From NCBI GenBank assembly GCA_964187785.1, contig OZ076409.1:90832001-90896000 (forward strand): a stretch of DNA of 64,000 nucleotides, read 5' to 3'. The position numbers and the translations under genes are program-made. The notes under the pieces are model-generated. The model was not told the DNA's origin. It did not search any database and saw nothing but the letters and a program-made list of their open reading frames with translations. The DNA comes from Amphiscolops sp. MND2022 (taxonomy: Eukaryota). Shown here piece by piece: positions 1 to 11,659 of this stretch; positions within the stretch are counted from its first letter, which is position 1; each line of letters starts with the position of its first letter.

Positions 1-1389
1 GGAGCAGTTCACGTTTTCGAATTTTTTATTTTCCGTTCATACTTCATATTGGAGAACAAAATATTTAAACCAGTTGCTTTTTTTCTACAAAATGTGCCAT
101 GTTCCAAATTTATATCCAAGTTGAAGAGTTTCACCCATAGAAAACAACTAACGTAAATTGATAATGAATAAGAGAGATTTTTGGACTTTTTGGTTGACCC
201 CGAAGACCCTAGAATGACCCAAAAATGACCCCAAAAAGACAAATAATGCGAATTTTTCGGACGTTGAAAGTTCTTATGCAGTTTTGGTCAAATTTCCGGG
301 AGGCTTTGTGGCTTAGAATGATGAAAACAAAACTTTGGAAAAGGAAAAAAATGTCCAAAAGGCCTAATTGAAAAATAAAATGCGTTTTTGAATAAAAAAT
401 GCCTCAAATTGAGACCAAAACTGACAAAAATTTTAAAACTAAATAAATTTCGAAATGTTTTCCAATTTTCAATAAATCCTCGATAGACTTGGTGGCTTTT
501 AAAAATGAAAACGTTCAACAAGGAAAACATTATTTGTCCCGAAGGCTTTTGTGAAGTAATAAACGTAACTTTGTTCAGAAAAATGCAACCGAAATTGACG
601 AAAATTGCAAATATTCCTGTTGTTTTTTGAATAGTTTTATGCAATTATTGTCATATTCGTGAGAGACTTCAAAGACTACAACCCTGAAAAACAACAGACT
701 TTGTTGTTCTGTAGGCTTTTCAAAGAGATGAATGCAGCTTTTACAGAGAAATAGGCTTAATTTGACAGAAATTAGTCGAAAGTTTCAAAAAATTCCAAGT
801 TGTTTAGTTTTTGATGCTGTTTGAAGACATTTTATGGGAGCTAGAAGGATCAAAACAATCAAACACGAATCGCCTAGTTTTGTAGTATCCCTTTGTTAAA
901 CGAAAAATGTATTATTTTTCACCCGAAACACATCAAAACGTGCCTGTTGCGTCGGTAAAGAGAAAAGTTCATTTTTTGAGGTTTTTGTGCAACTTTTGTG
1001 ATTTTTTGGACAATTCCGAGGATTCAACTGTTAGAATTGTTCAAAAACAATTGAACTAGATCTCCAGTTAGAAGAGATGCTTGCAGAATTGTGTTTGGAA
1101 AATGCCTCAATTTGACAAGAAAAAGGAAAAAGATTCAATGTTTCCGGTTTTTGACAATTTTACTGACCGTTTGTGGAACGTTTCGCGAGTTTTGTGGTTC
1201 TAAAGCTCCAGAAGGTTTATCAAGCTATGCAGTAACATTTTAAAGGAAAACATTGTGTTTTTCCAAGTAGAACATTATCACAGAATGACACAAAGAAGTC
1301 GAAAAACCGAAACGTTTCCGGATTTAGTGTTTTGGGAATTTTCGTTTGTTTGATGAACGAAAACATTCACTAGCAACAAAAGAGTTTTT

Positions 1390-2170
1390 TTGGAAGTCAA
1401 AGGAATTCCCAAAAATGTCGTATATCACAAACTTGGAATGAACCCAAACAGGGCTTTTTCGCATACAACGGATTTTGCAGAAAAATTACAACAAAGGACG
1501 AAAAACATCCCTATCGACGAAACGATGAAAGACATAATGCACTCATACCTAAAATACAAAAAGTATAAATACTGAAACGCCAGAGCAGCCCCGTTGAAAG
1601 AAAAAAATTTTTGATTATCTTACAACCCAAAGCCAAAAGTCAAGGATCGAAAATACCGCTCAGGGACTACAGATCGATTCGACAAATATAAACAAAATAG
1701 TGCTACCCAATGAAAATTATATTGTGAGGCCGTTGAATACTAATAAATTGCAAATACTACATCGAAACAGGCTCAAAGCAAATACTACATCGAAACAGGC
1801 TCAAAAATTTTCCACGAATACGCCCTTAGAAAATAAATATATTGGAGAGAAGTCGCAGTCAGGCGACGAGGTTATTTTACCGCAAGACGTTGTATATACC
1901 ATCTCGTGGAAGCAGACTTTGATTATGAAATATTTGAGTTGAGAAGGAACGACGATCTACATGGGACTGCGTCACAATAAAACTAAATTAAAAGCAGCGT
2001 GACGGAAAATGATGTCACTGAAGAGCATGAACGCAGCAGTGTGACCATTAGCAGCGAAGAAACACTACCAGCGGACGAATCACCTAGTTCAGGAAAGAAT
2101 GAAAGCCCTAATGGAGGGAAATAAAACCTTCGAGCTAACCCTACCTCAAAATTACTGATGAGTACAGATA
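1390..2170 (+). pseudogene. Decayed Gypsy integrase C-terminus of an older related element
   Basis: DIMHSYLKYKKY, VLPNENYIVR, YTISW and NLRANP match the young element's NIMLSYLKYKKYY, VLSNNNYTIR, YAVSW and YNLRPNP. Many stops and frameshifts. Confidence 0.85.
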
Positions 2171-2399
2171 CTAGTAAGAAATGTAAATTAACAGTCCCTT
2201 CTCGTTCCAATGTAAAATGTATCTTTCACGGGACTTTTCTGACTATCTTGACACGCTCTAGACTATTTGAACTCAATAAATAAATACATTCAAACAACCA
2301 ACAAAAGAAACACAATAGAATACAAAACAGATTAGAAGACAAATGTACACTGAGTACAATTAGTCTTTAGAAGTTTTCGAAGTTTCACTGGCAGGAATA

Positions 2400-3107
2400 T
2401 CGCCTAAGAAAGTCAGCTTTTAAGATCGTCCAAAGGGACGAATATTTTTCCGTTTGATGGCCCCGCACACAGGAGTGGACCGAGAAGTAATGACCACACC
2501 ACTGACTGGGGCGTTTTTAGCTTCATGAAAGATGCAGTAAAGAACTTGATGAAAAAAGTCTTCCAAAGGTGTTCACGTGGGCCCACGGGTATTCTAGAAC
2601 TTGACGCGAATTGTTTTGTTGCTCTAACCTGTGATATTTGGCAAGTTTAGGCTCGGTAGTGCAGGCAGTAACGGCAACAGGACTTCGAGCCAGACATGAT
2701 TGTGCAGATAACAGCACCTCTGAAAGTCGGCAATGAGAACTAGAGCTAACCACGTTTTGATGGCAGGCAGACCCTGTTGGGCAGTGACAACAAAATTGGT
2801 AGAGCTGGAACCAATTTCTCAAGTACGGAGTGCTGGGAGCGGTCAACAGCGGGATCTAAAACGTCCAGAACGGTCCAAGGGAATCTTTGAGAGTTGGGCT
2901 ATTGTGACAAAAGTAGTACACGAATTCATAATATTCATCTCGGTAATTTGATTCAGAGGTCCCCGAGAGCCAGCCTCCTAATCGAAAACTGGAAAAGAGC
3001 TAATTGAAACAAAATGTACTTTGCTCTAGCTGACACATGGAAGTCGAAACGGACACATGGAAGTTAAAACTAGTCATTCCGTGAACGTTGTCTGCGTTAA
3101 AGTGAAT
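2400..3107 (-). pseudogene. Decayed 3' part of a homologue of the antisense accessory gene (older element)
   Basis: Minus-strand fragments RDEYYEFVYYF, RNWFQLYQFCC, AQSCL and YPWAHV are colinear with TEEFLSFVVDV, RKNLCRAFKLCC, VQSCV and DPWERI in exon 7 of the young gene. Confidence 0.6.
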
Positions 3108-3963
3108 GTCCCTGTCACAGTCCGCTCCCGGACTGGATTGCGGATGCAGGAGAGTTGGTTTTGGGCGTGGACATGGATGCACCGCAAGACTCACGAAAAG
3201 GTATTTTGGCTATTAACTCAAACTCTAACTAAATTTAAATAAACTGTGACTTGAAACGCAATAATACTTTTGCCTAGCAAAAATCCCAAATAAAACTAGT
3301 GAACGCGTTCTAAATTTTTCATGCTCTCGCAAAATCGAATAAAATAGTACCGGAAATGTAAAATACACATTTACCGCGCGCAAATTTGGGCGGAAATGAA
3401 ATAAGGAAGCAAAATAATCCAAAATGATTTCACGCATGTTTGGCTGGGCGAGTCAACCACGACAAATGAAACATTCACAACCTGAAAATTAGAATAAAAC
3501 TATCCCAAGAATAAAGAGACCATAAGCTAATCTAAATGGAAATACATCAAAACTAATCCCGAGAAATTACATTTCATTCGGACCTAAATCAGGAAATTAC
3601 AGCGAGACAACACACCGTGGTAGTTAAGCCTTTTCTTAGAAAGACAGCTTAATTACCTTTTTGAACAGCAATTAAAGTGATTTAGGACGCCAATACTGCG
3701 CTGAGTAAACAAAGCGGCGAAAGAAACAGGAGTACATGTATATTTGTCGTCAGTAAGACGCAGACAAGTTTGAAGGCATACCAATTGACGTCACTGCCTC
3801 GCATAAGCGTACCAGGAAATCATTCCAATTATCCGCCTATACTAATAGCATTGCTAGAAACCATTCCAATTTACCACCACTGTGACGTCACTGCTCCGGT
3901 AGCTAGCGAGAGACTCATTTCTAAAATACTCGGCAGCATTGCGTCAAACTAGTCAAAATCTCT

Positions 3964-4059
3964 ACTCTGCCAAGAAAACTCGTCAACATGACGTTGACAA
4001 GTTTATGAGATTCAACTCTGCCAAGAAAACTCGTCAACATGACGTTGACAAGTTTATGA
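3964..4059 (+). repeat. 51-bp tandem duplication in the LTR with palindrome GTCAAC-ATGAC-GTTGAC (also at 17706-17801)
   Basis: ACTCTGCCAAGAAAACTCGTCAACATGACGTTGACAAGTTTATGA at 3964 and 4015. Confidence 0.9.
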
Positions 4060-5040
4060 AATTGAATAAAGTGAATGAATCTGCTGAATTTGGTCAAGTT
4101 TTCATCGCGTAAAAGCCGCTATTTCTTAAGGAAAGAAAATTGCAGACTGTTACAAATTGTATAACGAACGTATTGTTGATTTTCCATGGTTTAAGGTCCC
4201 AATTTAGAATGCGTTTTGACACATGTAGAATAATTTCAACCTCACGTTAAGTAACAATCATGTATTCTTAACAAGAAGAGAACTTCCGCGCATAAACCAT
4301 CTTATTACAAGATTCCACAGTAGATTAATTAGGAAGTCACAGTTTATTCTCTCCAACTAGAAGCTTATTATGTACCAGAAATGTATTTTTCATATATTTT
4401 GCATTTTTCGTATTCTACAACATTGAGCGCTGTATTTGTGGCTGTGATCACGTTTTCTATATTAATCCATCCGTTGCTGTCCAGTTATTTACGTCATGTT
4501 GGTGTTGTCATTTAACAAACGTTGCTGTTAATTTTGTAAATTTTGTCGTGTTTGACACGACATGACAAAGTCGCTAACAAATATTATTTCCATATCATGA
4601 TTTCATTCTCATCTCTAGCATAGGATTGAGTCCAAATTCATAAAATATCGTCCTAGCATCGTTCAAATATTCCTATTTTGGAATTAGTCATAGCATTTTT
4701 ATCAAAGCGAAGTTCAAAATCAGGTATTTGTTGTTCACGTCAGCGTCATCTCAGCGTCAATTTCCCGCGAACCAAAGCAGTAAAACAGGGAAGCATTTCC
4801 GGTTTGACAGACTGAAGTAATATCTACTTCCTGCTTGGGAGGAAGCAAAAGGACGCCGAGATGAAATGATATGATCAAATTTGATGACTAATACTAAATG
4901 AAGATCATCGTGTCTCAAAAATTGACGAAATGTTGACGTAAAATTGGGAACAAAATGATTTTTTCATCGAAAATACAGGAAATGACTAATTGTTCAAGGA
5001 AAATTAGGGTTTTGCTCGTGATCAAATGATGCTGGGAGGG

Positions 5041-5078
5041 TATAAATATGATAAGATTTGATGATTAAGGGACTCAGT
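5041..5078 (+). promoter_or_regulatory. Candidate LTR core promoter (TATA box plus TCAGT initiator)
   Basis: TATAAA at 5041 and TCAGT at 5074, about 120 nt upstream of the gag ATG at 5193. Confidence 0.45.
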
Positions 5079-5192
5079 CTTTTGCAATTGTATAATTCAG
5101 TTGAATTTTCAATTTCACTCTTGCCTTGTTCTACCTTGTCAGAAAAATCTTTGAAAGAAATACAATTCTTCAAGATCAAACTTTTCTACAAA

Positions 5193-6632
5193 ATGTCAAC
5201 AACAAGAAGCCAAAAAAGAAGGAACGACCAGCAAAGCACCAATGAGAACGTAAGTGAGGGCTTGATTTCACCCATAGTAGTAGGAAATCCTTGTTCTTTG
5301 AATCAGGGCGATGAAGTAGCGGGGCCTTCTAGACCTAAATCCCCCCGGATTGAAAATAATCTCTTTGAAAGCTTGAGAACTTCATTGAAGGAAGAAATAA
5401 CGTCAGAGATTAAGAACCTTCTTATTGAATCTCAAAAGGAGATGTTGAAACTCCTTAAACCTGAAACAAGAGGGATTATTGGGGAAAATACCGAAGAAGA
5501 GGTAGAGGAGGAAACCAGAAGTTTCTATACTCCTACAAAATCAGTGAGAATAAGTTCTACTCAAAACGACCCAATAGTATGTCGTAACATGGTGACAGGA
5601 GTCCTAACCGACTCCACAAACCAGCCAAAAAGAACAAAAGCCAGGTCTCAAAGTCAGCCGCCGTCAAAAGAACGTCCAGTAGCGGCAAGGACTTTATTTG
5701 CAACAGATAAAAACGATAGCACTACTCTACCCATGCCCAAAGCACTCACGGCGTCACTCCCGACCTTCGACGGGAAGTCGGAAAAATTTGAACTATTCGA
5801 AGACCTTTTCCGGAATAACATAAAAATGTACCCACACCTTACTGAAATCCAAAAAATAAACTACTTCCACTCCCTCCTCAGGGGAGATGCCTTACAAGCA
5901 TTTTGCAATATCGAAGATACGAAAAAGGATTCACTTGATGAGATCATGACGATTTTCAAACGACGCTTCGGAGATTATTTGTCTATGGCCAAAGCAAGAT
6001 GCGAATGGGACGCGCTCAAATTCGACCCCTCGAACCAGAAACTCCACGAATTTCTGGACATACTTCAAAAAACTGCCAAGGAAGCTTTTGGCTCTGAAGC
6101 CCAACAATTTATTGATAAGGCGATCTATGCAAAGATGCCAGACCACGTCAAGAAAATACTAAACAGGGCATACCTCGAGGATAAACCCTATAATGATATA
6201 GTACTCCACCTAGAACGCGAAATGAGACTTAACGGCTTAGGAGCGCCGGATGAGGTAACCTTAGTACCGCTAAACAAGGTAGAACCAGCCCCAGCAAAAA
6301 CTGAGCCCAAACAAGTCGACAACACAACGCAAAATGTCAAAAAAGGATATTGCTTCTACTGCAACAAATTCGGACACTATAAGGCAGAATGCAGAAAAAT
6401 GAAGAGAGATAAATGGATGCAAACCAGGAAAAACAATGGTCAAACTAACTCTAGTGCAGGCAAACCGCTCAAATGCGAAACATGTGGCAAACCCCACAAA
6501 ACGGAAGATTGTTGGAACGGAGCCAACTCTGCCAATGATCCACGACCTAAGCGTCACAACAACCCAGAATCAAAAAAGGACGTTCTCGTCCAACAAACGA
6601 AGGACAATGCTGTCACTGATTCAAAAAACTAA
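5193..6632 (+). CDS. gag: Gag (479 aa from ATG 5193); first ~132 codons lie within the LTR
   Basis: LPTFDG capsid-like motif and two zinc knuckles (CFYCNKFGHYKAEC, CETCGKPHKTEDC). The ORF is open across the LTR end and PBS. Confidence 0.93.
   Translation: MSTTRSQKRRNDQQSTNENVSEGLISPIVVGNPCSLNQGDEVAGPSRPKSPRIENNLFESLRTSLKEEITSEIKNLLIESQKEMLKLLKPETRGIIGENTEEEVEEETRSFYTPTKSVRISSTQNDPIVCRNMVTGVLTDSTNQPKRTKARSQSQPPSKERPVAARTLFATDKNDSTTLPMPKALTASLPTFDGKSEKFELFEDLFRNNIKMYPHLTEIQKINYFHSLLRGDALQAFCNIEDTKKDSLDEIMTIFKRRFGDYLSMAKARCEWDALKFDPSNQKLHEFLDILQKTAKEAFGSEAQQFIDKAIYAKMPDHVKKILNRAYLEDKPYNDIVLHLEREMRLNGLGAPDEVTLVPLNKVEPAPAKTEPKQVDNTTQNVKKGYCFYCNKFGHYKAECRKMKRDKWMQTRKNNGQTNSSAGKPLKCETCGKPHKTEDCWNGANSANDPRPKRHNNPESKKDVLVQQTKDNAVTDSKN
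5590..5602 (+). promoter_or_regulatory. Primer-binding site TGGTGACAGGAGT (tRNA-Leu-like, tentative)
   Basis: TGG immediately after the LTR end. Resembles the complement of eukaryotic tRNA-Leu 3' ends (TGGTGTCAGGAGT) with one mismatch; tRNA identity not verified. Confidence 0.7.
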
Positions 6633-6678
6633 TTACGCCGCGCCTGCGCTTCGGGGAAACAGTAGACGCGAGGGCGTA
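6623..6678 (+). promoter_or_regulatory. -1 ribosomal frameshift signal (A AAA AAC plus downstream stem)
   Basis: Slippery heptamer 6623-6629 directly before the gag TAA. TACGCC (6634-6639) pairs with GGCGTA (6673-6678). The -1 frame is open into the protease ORF at 7109. Confidence 0.85.
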
Positions 6679-9600
6679 TTTAACGAACGATCCCCCAACG
6701 ACTTACACAAAAGATACAACAATAGAATGCGATGGAACTCCAACAGAGGACTGGCTGAGACGTCAGGCACTCGCCTCCATACGAAGACCCCCCATACAAA
6801 CCGAAAAAGAGCAAACACCAGATGAGGACCATGGAGACGACCATAAACAACACCCAAATCTCATACAGCCATCCCCCACCAACATAACACAATCCACCGC
6901 AACCCAAATAGAACAAACTGAAAACGCCCATGAAGACCAACCACCGTCATCACTAACAAAGGAAGATACTCACGGCTCCACCCAAGTACCTATCTTCCCA
7001 GAAGATTTCCCCGCATCTCTCAACTCTATTAAAGAGTATGTTACTGAAAAGGACGGAGAGACGTACTTACCTCTCCACTCGACTATAATCCTCAAGAGCA
7101 GGAGGAGAATGCTATACTTGCCACTAGAATTCGGCGAAATAACAATGGATGGACTTGTCGACTCAGGTGCGTTCATCAATGCCATGTCCTGGTCGGACTA
7201 CAATGCGATCAAAATGAACAGTGACAACTGTGTCATAAAAGAGTATCCACAACCTCCTTTCAAAATCGAATGCGCAAATGCCCAACTGGAGCAACCAATA
7301 GCCACAGCCGATATACAATTCAACATAGGAACGTATACCTTCACGGACACCTTCGTGATACTCTCAAAAACGTCCTTCCCAATAATCGGACTGAACTTCA
7401 TGAGAAATCACCAAGCAGTGATCGACACAGCCAATGGGACCATCACCTTCCCCCATGTCGAAATGACATTAGCCATGACAGATGAAAAGAAAAACTGTAA
7501 CCCCAAACCACTCCAAATCATGACTGAAGGGAACCAGACACTGCCTCCACAACAAACAACAACCGTAAACGCAATAGTCATAACTACAAACGCAATTGAC
7601 ATCACAGGAGCAGTACAACCGCTACCACAGTTTGACGAAACAGCAACCATCATCGTCGCACCAGCACTAGCCACAGCTCACAACAAACGAATCAATTTAC
7701 GAATAGCCAACTTGACAAATTTCCCTCACACCATAAAAAATCACACCAAATTGGCAGAATTGCAAATCCTGCGGCCAGAAGACACCAAACAGATACGACC
7801 CATAGACGTCGCAACGTTAACCACTCTACAAGATCCAGACGACACACACATGTATGTGAATGAACTCATGAAATCCAGCGAAAATGAACAAAACAGTGAA
7901 AATTTCTGGTTCCCCACACCCGAGAACCCAGGAAACGAAGAAGAACATACACCAATTCAACGAAGGATACTGAAAGAAATCCGTGAACTCATTCAAAAGG
8001 AAAAACTAGACCCGACCAAAGATCCAGAATCACGAAAGCATTTCCTGGACATGTTCCAGTGGGAAGGTTCTCAAATCGAAGGCAACGACAGGAAACAACT
8101 TGAGCAAACAATAGTCGAATACAACGACATCTTCGCCCGTCACCGCCTTGATATTGGAATCAACAATAGCTTCAAAGTCAAATTAACTCCGAAAGATTAG
8201 CGCCCAATTTACACGCAAAGCTTGCCGGTACCAATCAACCTGAAAGAAGATCTCACAGTTGAATTAGCACTAATGCATAGGTACGGCATAATAACGACCC
8301 TACCATTCTCAAAATACGCAAGCCCAATCTTCGCACAACGTAAACCGAATGGCAAGTTGCGACTACTCGTCGATCTACAAAAATTAATGCATTAATCTCA
8401 GACGATTACATCAACAATAACCACCCAGTCAGCACCCTGTCGGATGCAGCCCAACACTTAGCTGGGAAAAAGTTGTTCTGCAAATTAGATTGCTCCCAAG
8501 CATACCACTGTCTACAAATGGCAGACCAACGATCCATCGAGATGCTAGCATTCAACTTTGCAAGCAGAACCTTCGCATACAAACGGCTGGCACAAGGACT
8601 AAGCAGAGCATTATCGGCATTTTCAAGTTTCATGAGGGAATATTTGGATAAAGTAATCAAAGCTGACCAATGTTTGCAATATGTTGACGACATCGGCATA
8701 GCCGCCAACTCCGTGACGCAGCTGATACGAAACATCCGAGCCGTCTTCGAATGCATCAGACAAGCAGGACTCAAACTATCCATTGACAAATGCCATTTTG
8801 GGGTGACTGAAGTCGAATTCCTTGGAAGGACGATCACCCCACAAGGGATCGCCCCCCAAGACCACAAGATACAGAAATTTTTAGCCAATGTGAGATTTCC
8901 AAAATCAAAGAAACAAGTACAGAGGTACATTGGTTTTGTCAACTATTATCGCAACTACATCCCGCGATTGTCCGAAAAACTGCTCGGATTTTACGAACTA
9001 TTGAAAGCGGACAAACAAATCAAGGTCACAGAAGAACTACTCGATCACTACAAAGCGATCAACGCAGCATTGGCGCAAGCCTGTGGATTGGCTCTCAAAC
9101 AACCAATCACAGGACGACAATACATCCTAATGACGGACGCCAGTTTCCGAGCCTCGGGCTATGCGCTGATGATCGAAGAAGACAACGACAAAAAACTCAA
9201 TTCAAAAAAGAAGACATTTGCGCCAGTCGCATTCGGATCGAGAGTATTCTCCCCAGCGCAGCTAAAAATGTCAATTTATTGCAAGGAATTTTTAGCAATA
9301 TACCACGCCTTCCTAGAATACAGCCATATCCTGTGGGAAACAACTCTACCGACCTTAGTGATGACAGACAACAGATCAGTAACGCGGTTTTTCCAAACAA
9401 AAGCCATACCGCCCACCTTGTGGAACGCGTGCGATTATGTACTACAATTCAATTTCCACATAATGCACGTGGCTGGTACACAGAATACAGCAGCTGATTT
9501 CCTATCGAGAATTGACCTCAACCCCAAGGAGAGAGTTGAATTAAAAATCAGAGAGGACATCACAATTCGCCCAATCCAAATAAACCTACAGTCTACTGAC

Positions 9601-11544
9601 GTCGCAGATGAAGAACAATTTTTCTTTCTTCCAGATGAAACGATTGAAACCGAACAAGACATCCTCCTGCAGAAAGAACAAGCAAGACAAAATGCGCGCG
9701 ACGAAGAGACGACAAAACTTAAACTAGCTATCAAAGAGACTAACCCAATCCCAATAAACAAAGCTTCCTACACCTTCGGTGCAATAAAAGAAGACGCGCG
9801 CATCAGAGCCGAACAAGACTCAAACCTAGTTTTCAAAGCAATCAAAAAGAAATTGATTTGTGAAGAATATGACAAACACCTCTTACAAACTGATCCGACA
9901 GCAAAACGTCTCCTCATCCACGAAAACAGACTAATTGTCAAAGATGGAGTATTAATGCGCAAATATTACGGCGAATGTGGCCAAGTCACCCACCACCAAA
10001 TACTAATCCCTGAACACTTGGTTGCAGAACTTCTGAAAACAATACATGGACAAATGGGAAAACACCCAGGAATTACAAAAATGATTCAAGAATGCCGATC
10101 AAAGTACTATTACCCCGGCCTAGCAAAAAGAATCAGACAATGGGTAATGCAATGTGAAGACTGTATCAAATACAAACGGATTAACAATAGCCAAATCAGA
10201 CCAAAAATGATCAACAATACGGAACACGTCCTCGGCCCGGAGGACATTCTTGAAATTGACATATTACCAAATTTGTCAAACTCTGCGGGATACCAGAACA
10301 TCGTTACGATGATCGACGTATTTTCACGTTACCTATTTGCATACCCAACACAGAATGTCACAGCGAAAACAATCGGACGATGTATTGTCGACGTCATGAC
10401 AAGACACGCATACTTGCCAACATTAATCTTATCAGACAAAGGCTCACAATTTCGATCAGAAGTCGTTACAGAAATAGCCCAGATACTCGAGATCCAAATC
10501 AGCCACGCGTCCACGAAACATGCACAAACGATCGGAATTTTGGAAAGAACACATGCGTCAATCAAAACTGCACTAAAAATTTCCACGGGTGAAAGACGTT
10601 CGATGTGGCACAAATACGTCCAAATAGCCGTAATGAACTACAATACAACATACCATGAGACTCTGGGCTGCGAACCATCTACAGTATTCCACGGACGAAT
10701 ACCCTACAATGTCCTTGACCTAAAACTGGGAATCAAACCAAAATGGAAAACAACACCCAACTCGGACATAGCGGAGCAAATCCAAAAACAAATAGACGAG
10801 GTACGAGCGACAGCAAAGGACAACATCATGTTATCCTACCTCAAATACAAAAAATACTATGATCGCAAGGCATCAGCTGCCCCACTAAAAATCAACGACT
10901 ATTGCTATATACTCAATCCGAAAGCTGACAATCAATCGACAAAGTTTGCATTTCAAGATTGCATTTGGACAGGACCATACATAGTGATCAAAGTGCTTTC
11001 CAATAATAACTACACAATACGAAAGATTGGCACGAGATATACACAAACTCTGCATCGAATCAGAATACGACCTTATGTGCCAGATCAACGCATACCCGAC
11101 GTCACAGTACGGTCAAACGAATACCTACCGGATCCAGACGTTAAAGTATCACACAATGAATGGTATGCAGTCTCGTGGGAAATGGATTTCGGAAAACAAA
11201 TCGACGAACTCGACACATCAAAAAATACGGAGACTGAACAAAGAACAGAAATACAAGAGGTGACAAGTACAGACGACAACACGATGCCACAACAATTAAC
11301 GGACAATACAGACGAAATGATACCGCCGTCACCGGACTTTTCGAATCTCACTACAGACGTAGGGGATAACCCATATATACGTCGCCCCCCACCCATTCAA
11401 AGTCCACCTATTCCCCCAAAATCTCCGCCTACAATCGTTGGATATAATCCGAGAAAAACAGCGAAATACAATCTACGACCTAATCCTAAACCTAATGCTG
11501 ACCCTGACTTTAGACGACTTGACGCTTTAACTACGACTCACTAA
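6629..11544 (+). pseudogene. pol: Pol polyprotein (protease, RT, RNase H, integrase) with one nonsense codon and one frameshift
   Basis: LVDSGA protease, QYVDD RT, TDAS RNase H, H-H-C-C and DDE integrase, WTGPY. In-frame TAG at 8198-8200 and an apparent 1-nt deletion near 8378-8383 (DLRKIN-type motif broken). Confidence 0.92.
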
Positions 11545-11659
11545 ATGGAGAAAAGAAAATATCAGGAGTCCAGACCGAACCGATCTGACAATTTTCAATT
11601 CACAGGCATACAAATCAAACAATCATCACAACAAAAGTTTAGAACATAACAAATAGTTT

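Larger units (their letters stand above)
3113..5589 (+). repeat. 5' LTR (2477 bp)
   Basis: TG...CA termini. Only about 5 substitutions seen against the 3' LTR (near 3418, 3587, 3887, 4934, 5481). Confidence 0.96.

Noticed and set aside
1..1380. Short ORFs in AT-rich sequence
   Set aside because: Low-complexity A/T tracts with no motifs; probably decayed repeat DNA.
5058..5192. N-terminal extension of Gag from the ORF-track start at 5058
   Set aside because: It begins just after the TATA box and upstream of the candidate initiator. Homology with the solo-LTR copy starts at M(S)TTRSQKR.
5931..11396. Numerous minus-strand and off-frame ORFs over gag-pol
   Set aside because: They are shadow ORFs of the coding strand with no recognisable motifs.
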